Shown here: piece by piece, positions 39,701-47,709 of the stretch
How positions within the stretch are numbered: position 1 is the first letter of the stretch
Layout of the letters: the number at the start of each line of letters is the position of its first letter
Assembly (NCBI GenBank): GCA_902530535.1
Contig: CACAAP010000003.1
Span: forward strand, 721 to 64,720
DNA from: an uncultured Candidatus Poseidoniales archaeon
GTDB lineage: Archaea > Thermoplasmatota > Poseidoniia > Poseidoniales > Thalassarchaeaceae
Length of the DNA: 64,000 nucleotides
Direction of reading: 5' to 3'
The notes under the pieces: generated by a model
The model's input: the letters and a program-made list of their open reading frames with translations, nothing else
What the model was told of the DNA's origin: nothing
The model's database searches: none
Made by a program: the position numbers and the translations under genes

Positions 39701-42700
39701 CGGACAGTCAGCAAGCGCGGAGACGGTCGGAGCAACCCCCATATGGACTGACTCTGATGAGGCGACCTGTGGCACAGACCCACTAGATTCCACGGACGAG
39801 CCAACGGACACCGATGGCGATGGACTTTGCGACGACGCCCAGGACGACGACAACGACGGCGACGGCTTCTCCAACGCAGACGAGACGACCAACTGCGGCG
39901 AGGGCAACGACGCCCTGGACAGCACGGACTCCCCAACGGACACCGATGCCGATGGATCGTGCGACGCCCTCGACACCGATGACGACGGCGACGGAGTGGA
40001 TGACGCCAACGACGCCTGCCCTCTAGACGACGGCGAGTCAGTCGACACAGACGGGGACACCGTCTGCGACGGCGACGACACCGACGACGACGGCGACGGC
40101 ACGGCCGATGCAAGCGACGCATTCCCACTGGACTCGACTGAGGACACCGACACTGACAGCGACGGAATAGGCGACAACGCGGACACCGACGACGACAACG
40201 ACACAGTCGCTGACGCCAACGACGCATTCCCACTTGACGCCACCGAGACCACCGACACCGACGGCGACGGAACCGGCGACAACGCCGACACCGACGACGA
40301 CGGCGACGGCGTGGACGACGCAAGCGACGCATGCCCGCTCGATGGAGACGAGTCCGTCGACACCGACGGAGACGGCGTCTGCAACGGCGACGACACCGAC
40401 GACGACGGAGACGGCGTGGACGACGCGGACGAGGCAGATGGATCTGGCCTCGCTACCGCTACGGACTGCACACTAGTCACCGACTGCGACGGGGACGGAG
40501 TGGACGACGCGGACGAGGCAGATGGATCCGCACTGGACCTGGACGGCGATGGGACGGCTGACGGCATCGACTGCGCTGTCGACACCGACTGCGACGACGA
40601 CGGCACTGCCGACGACACCGACGCATTCCCTGTGGACGCTTCAGAGGCACTAGACACCGACGGCGACGGTACCGGCGACAACGCCGACACCGACGACGAC
40701 GGCGACGGCTACTCGGACGCTGACGAGACGACCAACTGCGGCGATGGCACCACCACGACCGCTTACTCGTCCTCCAGCGACCCGCTAAACGCATCCGACA
40801 CGCCCGACGACATGGACGGCGACGGGATCTGCGACTACACGGACACCGACAGGGACGGCGACGGACTGGCCAACGGCTGGGACGCATGCCCCGATGACGG
40901 ATCAGGATACACCGACACCGACGGCGACGGAGCCTGCGACGAGTCCGATACTGACGACGACGACGACGGCACCCTCGACGTGAATGACGCATTCCCGCTC
41001 GACGCTTCAGAGGACACCGACACCGACGGAGACGGCGTGGGGGACAACTCCGACGCTGACGACGACGGCGACGGCACTGACGACCAGGGCGACGAGTGCC
41101 CGCTCGACTCGAGCGGGATCACCGACAACGACGGCGACGGAGCCTGCGACGAGTCAGATACGGACGACGACGACGACACGGTCCTGGATGCCGACGAGGA
41201 TTCCGGCTGCGAGTTCGTGACGGACTGCGACGGAGACGGCGTGGGCGACGAGGTCGATGCGTTCGACACCGACGCCGAGGCGACGACCGACACAGACGGC
41301 GACGGCATGCCAGACTCTATCACCGGAGCAACACTGACCTCTGAGACATACACCCTAGAGGCTTGGGACGCAGCAGGATACACTGTCGTGTACGCCGAGG
41401 AGATCAACGGAGGCACGCTGTGCGTCATCGACTCCTCGCTCTTCGAGGACACATGCACATTCTCGACCTCGGTCGGAGTGAACGTCTACGCGGACAACAC
41501 GCAGTACTCCAGCTACCTGGCTGGAGACGGCGGAGCGATCCTGACGACCTCGGACGGAACCGAGCTAGTAAACGAGTCACTCGTGTACCAGTGGTACTAC
41601 GACAGCTACTTCGGAGTATACGACCTGTACTCGGACTCCGCGGTGACGACCACCGACGGTCTGGAGCTAGACGCGGACGACGACGGAGACGGATACGGGG
41701 ACGCAGCAGAGGACACCGACTGCTCAACAGGCGACTCCACCGACAGCAGCGTCACACCAGACGACAACGACGCTGACGGCATCTGCGACGATCTGGATGA
41801 CGACGACGACAACGACGGCTACAGCGACTCTCACGAGTCGGCCTGCGGCACTGACTCATTGACGGCGGACGACGTCTCAGACTTCGACGGCGACGGCACC
41901 TGCGACAGCGAGGACGCCGACGACGACGGAGACGGAACCGACGACGGCGACGACTGGGCTCCCTTCGACGGAAGCGAGTGGCTCGACACGGACAACGACG
42001 GAACCGGCGACAACGCCGATGACGACGCTGACGGCGACGGCACACCAGACTCCGACGACGTGGACGAGACCGACAGGTGCTCCAGCACGGACACCGATGG
42101 CGACGGGATGACCGACTCGTACGACGACTGCTCGGACATGGGCTTCTACTCCACGCTCGACGCTGATGCCGGTGACAACGCCGGCGAGGGCTTCGACGAC
42201 GGGGACCACGTAGGAATCACCGACGACACCACACTGTTCGGAGGCGCAGCCGCCGGCAACCAGTGGTTCCAGGTGGCTGACACAGACGGCGTGTTCAGGA
42301 TGTACTTCGACCACGCCACAGGCGTGTCCGCGGTATCTGCCTGGATAGCCCTAGCGAGCACCGACTACGAGGACGAGGACTACTACGCGTCCTACTGGGT
42401 CGGCGACGACGGCACCACCACAAAGATCGGCGACTCCCGCGACAGCTGGGGCAACATCGACAACTGCTGGTGCGAGGGATTCTGGGGCCAATGGGTCGTG
42501 GAAGTTCCCTCTGAGGACGGATACCTGATGCTCGAGGCCAGCAACGACGACGACGCCGAGCACTGGGGACTTGACAACGTGGCATACCACGACAACAACT
42601 GGGACGTAATATCGATGGTCACCTTCGAGGACTCGGTAGGGGACATGGGAGTCTACACGACCCCATCCACTCCGGCGCTCCTCGCGGGCACATACACCGT

Positions 42701-45700
42701 CCAGATCGACGACTCGTGGGGCGACGGCGGACACGGCATCACCGTGACCAACGGCGCAGACACGCTATGCACCATAGGCCAGTACGACTACACGTCCACA
42801 GCCAGCTGCACGTTCGACCTGACTGCCTACTCCGACGAGGAGATCTCGGTAGCGGTCGACACTGACAGCTACGCATCCGAGGGCACTCTTACGGTGACCT
42901 TCGACGACGGAAGCACTGCGGTTGAGACATGGTCTGGGGACACCTCGTTCGACTACGCGCACGTGGGCGACGAGCTCCTCGAGCAGGAAGGCGAGTACAC
43001 CATCACGATCTCCGACCCAGGTTGGGGAGACGGCGGTCACGGCGTCGAGGCATACTTCAACGGAGAGAGCGTCTGCTCGATAGGGCAGTACGACTACTCG
43101 AGCTCCGCGTCATGCACCTTCACCGGAACCGGATTCCCGGACTCGGTGCTGGACATCGACATCGATACCGACAGCTACCCATCAGAGGGACAGCTGGACG
43201 TGACGTTCCCAGACGGAACGACCGCTACGGAGACATGGTCCGCTGACACATCGTTCAGCTACGCAAGCCACTCGGGCACGGACGTGCAGCCAGTGGCAGG
43301 CGAGGTCATGCTGAGCAACGGGCACGGCGCCACAGTGAGCCTGGACACCTCGTCCTACCACACTGGGACCGTGGACGACGACGACGACAACGACGGCTTC
43401 GCCGACGATGACGACGCGTTCCCGACCGATGACAGCGAGTGGGACGACATGGACGGCGACGGGGTCGGATCGAACACCGACAACGACGACGACGGCGACG
43501 GCACCAACGATGGCGTAGACGACTTCCCACGCCACGCGCATGCTCAAACCGATACAGATGACGACGGTATGCCCGACGAGATAGGATGGACAAACGGAGA
43601 AATCTTCGAACACTTCGATGCTGGAAACTATACTGGTATGGACGATTACACAGACAATGGATGGGATAGATCAGGAGATTCTCTGTTCGGAATATCATCT
43701 GCTGGCTTCTTAGATGGATATGCCGCTAGAGCAGGGGCAATTTCAGATAATGAGTCCTCTTCCTTAGAGTTAGTAATTGAAACTGCAGGAGGATACCTTT
43801 CATTCGATTACATAATCGATACTGAAGAGCGCTATGACGTACTTTCATTCAGCATAGATGGGATGGAATACTTCAGTGCTAGCGGACAGGAATATCACTG
43901 GGAGTTCATTTGCGATACTGCTGGCTCATACTCAGACACATCTTGGGAAGCAAACTCTCTGAATGACGGTTCGATCCCAGGAGACTGGGTTAACGACGGA
44001 TACGCTGACTGTGGAGATACTGATGGCGATGGAATTTCAGACGATGAAGGCCAGAGTGACTGGTATTCGAAGATTGAAGGGACCTTTGAGACATGGATCG
44101 ATGAAGGAAACCACACTCTAACATGGACATACACTAAGGATGGCTCTGTTTCAGGAGGTAGCGATCGGTCATACATAGATAACATCGTCTTCCCGTACTA
44201 CGTTATTGGCGATGGAGAGTGCTCCGACGGCACAGATGACTGCAACATAGAGGACATGGACGACGACAACGACGGCGTCGACGACTGGGACGACGACTGC
44301 CCGACCGACGCAGGAGAGCAGACCGACACAGATGGTGACGGATGGTGCGACAACGCTGACGCGGACGACGACAACGACGGCACGTACGACTACAACGACG
44401 CCATGCCGCTGGACCCCAACGAGACCAGCGACTTCGATGGCGACGGAATAGGCGACAACGCCGACCCAGACGACGACAACGACGGATGCGACGACGAGGT
44501 GGACGATCTGCCTTACGACGACTCCGACTGCGTCGACACCGACGGCGATGGGGTCGGCGATGATGCCGACCTGGATGACGACGGCGACAACGTCATGGAC
44601 GTCGATGACCCATTCCCGCTAGACGGATCAGCTTGGGCAGACAACGACGGCGACGGGGAAGCAGACGTAACTGGCGACCCACCGTTCCTAGGCAACTTCG
44701 AGGGAGCCTCGATTCCAGCCGGATGGACCACATTCGGCGACGCAGACTGGTTCGTTTGCGGCATGGGAACCTGCGGCACCACCTCAGGCAACGCAATCAA
44801 CGGCTCTTACATGGCCGAGTCAGGAGACATCGCCGACGCGGAAACGAGCTCTATCGAAGTCTCAATCGACACCCTAGCAGGGGACGTCTCGTTCGCTTAC
44901 GAGACCTCCACGGAGACCAACTGGGACTACCTGAGGTTCTACGTGGATGGCAGCCTGACCATGAGCTGGTCGGGCGTGACCTCCGGAACGTACACGACCA
45001 CGGTCAGCGCTGGATACCACACTTTCGAGTGGATGTACTACAAGGACTTCAGCGTCAGCAGCAACGCCGACACAGTCTGGATCGACGACGTGAGCCTGCC
45101 AGTATCGCAGGTCACTAACAACAGCGACCCAGACGACGACAACGACGGCGTGTACGACGAGTTCGACATCGACCCGTTGGATCCATGCGTGAGCCTGGAC
45201 ACCGACGGCGACGGCGAGCCAGACTGGGTTATGACAGGACTGTTCGACATGAGCGGAACGGGCGACGAGCAGTTCATCGTGGACTGCGACGCATCGATGT
45301 GGTCCGAGGACTGGGACGACGACGGCGACGGATGGAGCGATGAGCTGGAAGAACTATGCGGATCGAACCACCTAGACGGAGACGAGATGCCGATGGACAT
45401 GGATCAGGACTTCGTCTGCGACGATCTTGACGACGACTTGGACAACGACGGGGCTGTCAACCCGGTGAACAACTGCGAACTGTACCTGAACTCAGGAGAG
45501 ACGGACGCCTTCATCGACTGCATAAGCGATAGCTTCCACGCAGTCGATGCCGACGGCGATGGAGAGGCATCCTACATGGAACTCATGCACGCATGGACCT
45601 TCCAGTGGGCCTCCTCCGACATTGACGACGGGGACGACATGGTCACCTTCTTCTGCGGCGACGGCTCGGAGATACCCTTCGAGTGGGTCAACGATGAGAT

Positions 45701-47639
45701 GGATGACTGCGAGGACGGAGCCGATGAGCAGCAGTACGACGAGAACGGCGATCCGATCAACTGGTTCGACTGCTATGACGGCACCCAGGTGTGGATCTAC
45801 CAGGTCAACGACGGCTATCCAGACTGCCCAGACGGGGATGACGAGATGCCTGACGACGACTGGGACGACGAGGGCGACGACGACTGGGACGACGAGGACG
45901 ACGACGGCGGCGATGACGAAGGTAGCGAGGACATGGGCGGAATCGGATCACGTGACAACCACGAGAACGGCACCGACGAGAACGGCACCGACGAGAACGG
46001 CACCGACGACGGCGACGACCACGACCACGGCGACGACCACGACCACGGCGACGAGAACGGCACCGACGACGACGGCGATGACGGCGGCGATATGGTCTGC
46101 TACAACATCATGACCCATTCGGTGACCAACGACACCAGCGAGGAAAGCTGCGACGGGTACGCGTACTACGAGAACGCCTCCTTCAACGGGGCGAACTTCA
46201 CTGGATGCTACAACATGGTAACACACGTGGTGACCGGTGACGACGAGGCAACCTGCGATTCATACATGTGGGTCAGCGCATCTGGAGGACCAGGTGACGG
46301 AGGAGATGGTACCGACGACGGGGACGATGACACTGAAGAGCCCGAGGAGCCCGAGGAACCCGAGTCATGGCCAAGCCAAGACGACATGGCTGAATTCGAC
46401 ATGATGTTCTGGGACTGGGTCTCCCAGTGGGACGCGGACGCTAGCGACTCCCTGAGCTTCGACGAATTCTGGCAGATCAACAATGATACTGAGGAAGACT
46501 GGGACTTCGAGAACCCAGGTTGGTCAGAGGACACGACCGATTGGGACCAGTTCCCCTTCGACCCATCAGAGCAGACTGACACCGACATGGACGGAATGGG
46601 CGACAACTCCGACACAGACGACGATAACGACGGCGTCCCGGACGGCCTCGACGCCTTCCCATACGACCCGACCGAGTCTGCCGACCTGGACGGTGACGGA
46701 ATCGGGGACAACTCCGACAACGACACAGACGGTGACGGAATCGACAACGATCAGGACGACTTCGACAGCGATCCAAACGCTGCCGCGGACAACGACCAGG
46801 ACGGCGTCGACGACGCTTCTGACTCGGACGACGACAACGACGGCGTGCCCGACGTTGCAGACTGGGCGCCTTTCGACGCCTCCGAGCAGTACGACACAGA
46901 TGGCGATGGAGTTGGTGACAACGCAGACACGGACGACGACAACGACGGAACCGCTGACGCTGACGACGCCTTCCCGCTGGATGCCAGCGAGAACGCGGAT
47001 GCTGACGGCGACGGGGTTGGGGACAACTCCGACCCAGACGACGACAACGACGGCACACCTGATGGTCTGGACGACTTCCCGAACGATGCCACTGAGCAGA
47101 GGGACTCTGACGGAGACGGAATCGGAGACATAGCCGATCCTGACAGGGACGAGGACGGATACCTGAACTCGGACGACGCGTTCCCGATGAACGCCAACGA
47201 GTGGATGGACACCGACGGCGACAACATCGGCGACAACTCCGATCCAGATATTGACGGAGACAACGTCCTGAATGACGACGACTGGTCACCCTACGATGAA
47301 AACTGCAGAGTTTCCATCGAGAACTGTGAGTGGATGGACACCGACGGCGACGGAACCGGGGACAACGCTGACTCAGACGACGATGACGATACATGGTCGG
47401 ATGCAGACGAGTACTCCTGCGGAACTGACTCGAAGAATGCGAACGCAGTTCCATCGGACTTCGACGGCGACGGAATCTGCGACGCCCTGGACTCCGAGGA
47501 CAACAGGGGAGACGCCGGAGCCGGAGCTGCACCAGACGTGGTCCAGGAGGAACCAGGCTTCACGCCAGGCTTCGCATCCGTGCTAGCAGTCGTGTCCCTA
47601 CTGGGCGCAGCCGCACTAGGACGACGCGAAGAGGACTGA
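36726..47639 (+). CDS. giant secreted mosaic protein (about 3640 aa): more than 40 TSP3-like Ca-binding repeats interspersed with P-domain-like repeats, two MAM-like domains, LDL-receptor-A-like modules and a hyper-acidic region; C-terminal PGF-CTERM sorting signal
   Basis: Signal peptide MEKATQTARTLLMVAVMVAAAIVPMA. Start is 4 nt after the stop of the previous gene, with GGAGG 11 nt upstream. TSP3 motif arrays are throughout. C-terminus reads EEPGFTPGFASVLAVVSLLGAAALGRREED (PGF motif, TM helix, basic residues). Confidence 0.8.
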   Translation: MEKATQTARTLLMVAVMVAAAIVPMAPEAVELRDEARAMGASISTDVTSLTLDEGGSNWYEVSLDEAPDGTLVITPSSDNSVVTVDPSYIKFTKVNWDMPQYIWVDITDTDDDGADTTATISHSISGSDTVFASATIGDVSVTGTDYDIDTDGDGLHDGLDTDDDGDGIGDGNDAFPLDSSEDTDTDGDGTGDNADTDDDGDGTADSDDWAPLDDSEDTDTDGDGTGDNADIDDDGDGVNDSDEDDGCDLLVDCDGDGVNDDTDAFDSDANESADADGDGVGDNADDFDSDATEDTDTDGDGVGDNGDAFPDDSTETTDSDGDGVGDNGDAFPNDASETTDTDGDGVGDNSDWNATDSTESNDNDGDGVGDNADTDDDDDGVLDVDEDSNATLDCSILSDCDGDGVGDATDAFDVDPEAWDDLDGDGLADTFPNLLVNSYETIQLCGPEGGTEFYDATAYSDGPTGDYLAVSSSDDDSNGNNYEDTECTFTVPSGYTADVYLQTASYGSEARVTVDGTTYSGFSTGSDNDVVSLSAGTYTLYYEDSYGDGCNPSSYYGACFVQVSYENLVGQVVPSTSGFGTDLDNDDDGDGFSDADEDTCGTDSMNSTDAPTDTDSDGLCDAGVDDDDDDDGVLDSDEETGCDLLTDCDGDGVGDATDTHDNDATETSDMDGDGIGDNSDDDRDGDGYLNSNDEFPDDDSEWTDNDGDGTGDNADTDDDTCPEADGTDDDGDGTADHTCGTFTGLGSTMGYDFYPGDGVADVDDAFPMTPAESADNDGDGWGDNADADDDNDGISDAQDDDMDGDGFTNDDEDTNCVGDGGDSTSAGTTPDDMDGDGTCDYLDDDTDGDGTDDTSDAFPEDACADTDTDGDGDPDTLVSGCSTTLTEDGNDDYDPSAAPTPTSVCSIGSGSFASDSCTFTVAAGDELTIEMTTTSWASEAGLTLLEPGETAATNLELLTTSGSFSNYGSYSWTYTDAGEYTLTITDSYGDGGQSASAETVGATPIWTDSDEATCGTDPLDSTDEPTDTDGDGLCDDAQDDDNDGDGFSNADETTNCGEGNDALDSTDSPTDTDADGSCDALDTDDDGDGVDDANDACPLDDGESVDTDGDTVCDGDDTDDDGDGTADASDAFPLDSTEDTDTDSDGIGDNADTDDDNDTVADANDAFPLDATETTDTDGDGTGDNADTDDDGDGVDDASDACPLDGDESVDTDGDGVCNGDDTDDDGDGVDDADEADGSGLATATDCTLVTDCDGDGVDDADEADGSALDLDGDGTADGIDCAVDTDCDDDGTADDTDAFPVDASEALDTDGDGTGDNADTDDDGDGYSDADETTNCGDGTTTTAYSSSSDPLNASDTPDDMDGDGICDYTDTDRDGDGLANGWDACPDDGSGYTDTDGDGACDESDTDDDDDGTLDVNDAFPLDASEDTDTDGDGVGDNSDADDDGDGTDDQGDECPLDSSGITDNDGDGACDESDTDDDDDTVLDADEDSGCEFVTDCDGDGVGDEVDAFDTDAEATTDTDGDGMPDSITGATLTSETYTLEAWDAAGYTVVYAEEINGGTLCVIDSSLFEDTCTFSTSVGVNVYADNTQYSSYLAGDGGAILTTSDGTELVNESLVYQWYYDSYFGVYDLYSDSAVTTTDGLELDADDDGDGYGDAAEDTDCSTGDSTDSSVTPDDNDADGICDDLDDDDDNDGYSDSHESACGTDSLTADDVSDFDGDGTCDSEDADDDGDGTDDGDDWAPFDGSEWLDTDNDGTGDNADDDADGDGTPDSDDVDETDRCSSTDTDGDGMTDSYDDCSDMGFYSTLDADAGDNAGEGFDDGDHVGITDDTTLFGGAAAGNQWFQVADTDGVFRMYFDHATGVSAVSAWIALASTDYEDEDYYASYWVGDDGTTTKIGDSRDSWGNIDNCWCEGFWGQWVVEVPSEDGYLMLEASNDDDAEHWGLDNVAYHDNNWDVISMVTFEDSVGDMGVYTTPSTPALLAGTYTVQIDDSWGDGGHGITVTNGADTLCTIGQYDYTSTASCTFDLTAYSDEEISVAVDTDSYASEGTLTVTFDDGSTAVETWSGDTSFDYAHVGDELLEQEGEYTITISDPGWGDGGHGVEAYFNGESVCSIGQYDYSSSASCTFTGTGFPDSVLDIDIDTDSYPSEGQLDVTFPDGTTATETWSADTSFSYASHSGTDVQPVAGEVMLSNGHGATVSLDTSSYHTGTVDDDDDNDGFADDDDAFPTDDSEWDDMDGDGVGSNTDNDDDGDGTNDGVDDFPRHAHAQTDTDDDGMPDEIGWTNGEIFEHFDAGNYTGMDDYTDNGWDRSGDSLFGISSAGFLDGYAARAGAISDNESSSLELVIETAGGYLSFDYIIDTEERYDVLSFSIDGMEYFSASGQEYHWEFICDTAGSYSDTSWEANSLNDGSIPGDWVNDGYADCGDTDGDGISDDEGQSDWYSKIEGTFETWIDEGNHTLTWTYTKDGSVSGGSDRSYIDNIVFPYYVIGDGECSDGTDDCNIEDMDDDNDGVDDWDDDCPTDAGEQTDTDGDGWCDNADADDDNDGTYDYNDAMPLDPNETSDFDGDGIGDNADPDDDNDGCDDEVDDLPYDDSDCVDTDGDGVGDDADLDDDGDNVMDVDDPFPLDGSAWADNDGDGEADVTGDPPFLGNFEGASIPAGWTTFGDADWFVCGMGTCGTTSGNAINGSYMAESGDIADAETSSIEVSIDTLAGDVSFAYETSTETNWDYLRFYVDGSLTMSWSGVTSGTYTTTVSAGYHTFEWMYYKDFSVSSNADTVWIDDVSLPVSQVTNNSDPDDDNDGVYDEFDIDPLDPCVSLDTDGDGEPDWVMTGLFDMSGTGDEQFIVDCDASMWSEDWDDDGDGWSDELEELCGSNHLDGDEMPMDMDQDFVCDDLDDDLDNDGAVNPVNNCELYLNSGETDAFIDCISDSFHAVDADGDGEASYMELMHAWTFQWASSDIDDGDDMVTFFCGDGSEIPFEWVNDEMDDCEDGADEQQYDENGDPINWFDCYDGTQVWIYQVNDGYPDCPDGDDEMPDDDWDDEGDDDWDDEDDDGGDDEGSEDMGGIGSRDNHENGTDENGTDENGTDDGDDHDHGDDHDHGDENGTDDDGDDGGDMVCYNIMTHSVTNDTSEESCDGYAYYENASFNGANFTGCYNMVTHVVTGDDEATCDSYMWVSASGGPGDGGDGTDDGDDDTEEPEEPEEPESWPSQDDMAEFDMMFWDWVSQWDADASDSLSFDEFWQINNDTEEDWDFENPGWSEDTTDWDQFPFDPSEQTDTDMDGMGDNSDTDDDNDGVPDGLDAFPYDPTESADLDGDGIGDNSDNDTDGDGIDNDQDDFDSDPNAAADNDQDGVDDASDSDDDNDGVPDVADWAPFDASEQYDTDGDGVGDNADTDDDNDGTADADDAFPLDASENADADGDGVGDNSDPDDDNDGTPDGLDDFPNDATEQRDSDGDGIGDIADPDRDEDGYLNSDDAFPMNANEWMDTDGDNIGDNSDPDIDGDNVLNDDDWSPYDENCRVSIENCEWMDTDGDGTGDNADSDDDDDTWSDADEYSCGTDSKNANAVPSDFDGDGICDALDSEDNRGDAGAGAAPDVVQEEPGFTPGFASVLAVVSLLGAAALGRREED
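37620..37751 (+). repeat. 66-bp in-frame tandem duplication (2 copies, about 93% identical, with a partial third) inside the TSP3 array
   Basis: gacggcgacggcgtgggcgacaacggggacgctttccccgacgactccaccgagactaccgactcc is repeated with 4-5 substitutions. Confidence 0.8.
45963..46007 (+). repeat. 15-bp microsatellite (gagaacggcaccgac x3 = ENGTD x3), followed by an 18-bp x2 (DHDHGD x2) repeat
   Basis: Perfect direct repeats seen directly in the hyper-acidic region of the 3644-aa gene. Confidence 0.85.
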
Positions 47640-47663
47640 TCCGAAAGGATCCACACAACGTAA

Positions 47664-47699
47664 CCCCGGGCCGGGGGCCACCCGGCACCCGGCCCGGGG
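47664..47699 (+). terminator. perfect GC-rich inverted repeat (12-bp stem CCCCGGGCCGGG / CCCGGCCCGGGG) downstream of the 3644-aa gene
   Basis: Sits 25 nt after the stop codon. Seen directly in the sequence. Its function as a terminator, RNA-stability element or protein site is inferred. Confidence 0.4.
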
Positions 47700-47709
47700 C
47701 CACAACCCA

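Noticed and set aside
20530-47639. Possibility that the Asp-rich repeats are a CRISPR array or that the region is a mobile element
   Set aside because: There are no regular direct repeats with unique spacers. The repeats are in-frame and protein-coding (TSP3 motif). No transposase, integrase or terminal inverted repeats are present in the window.
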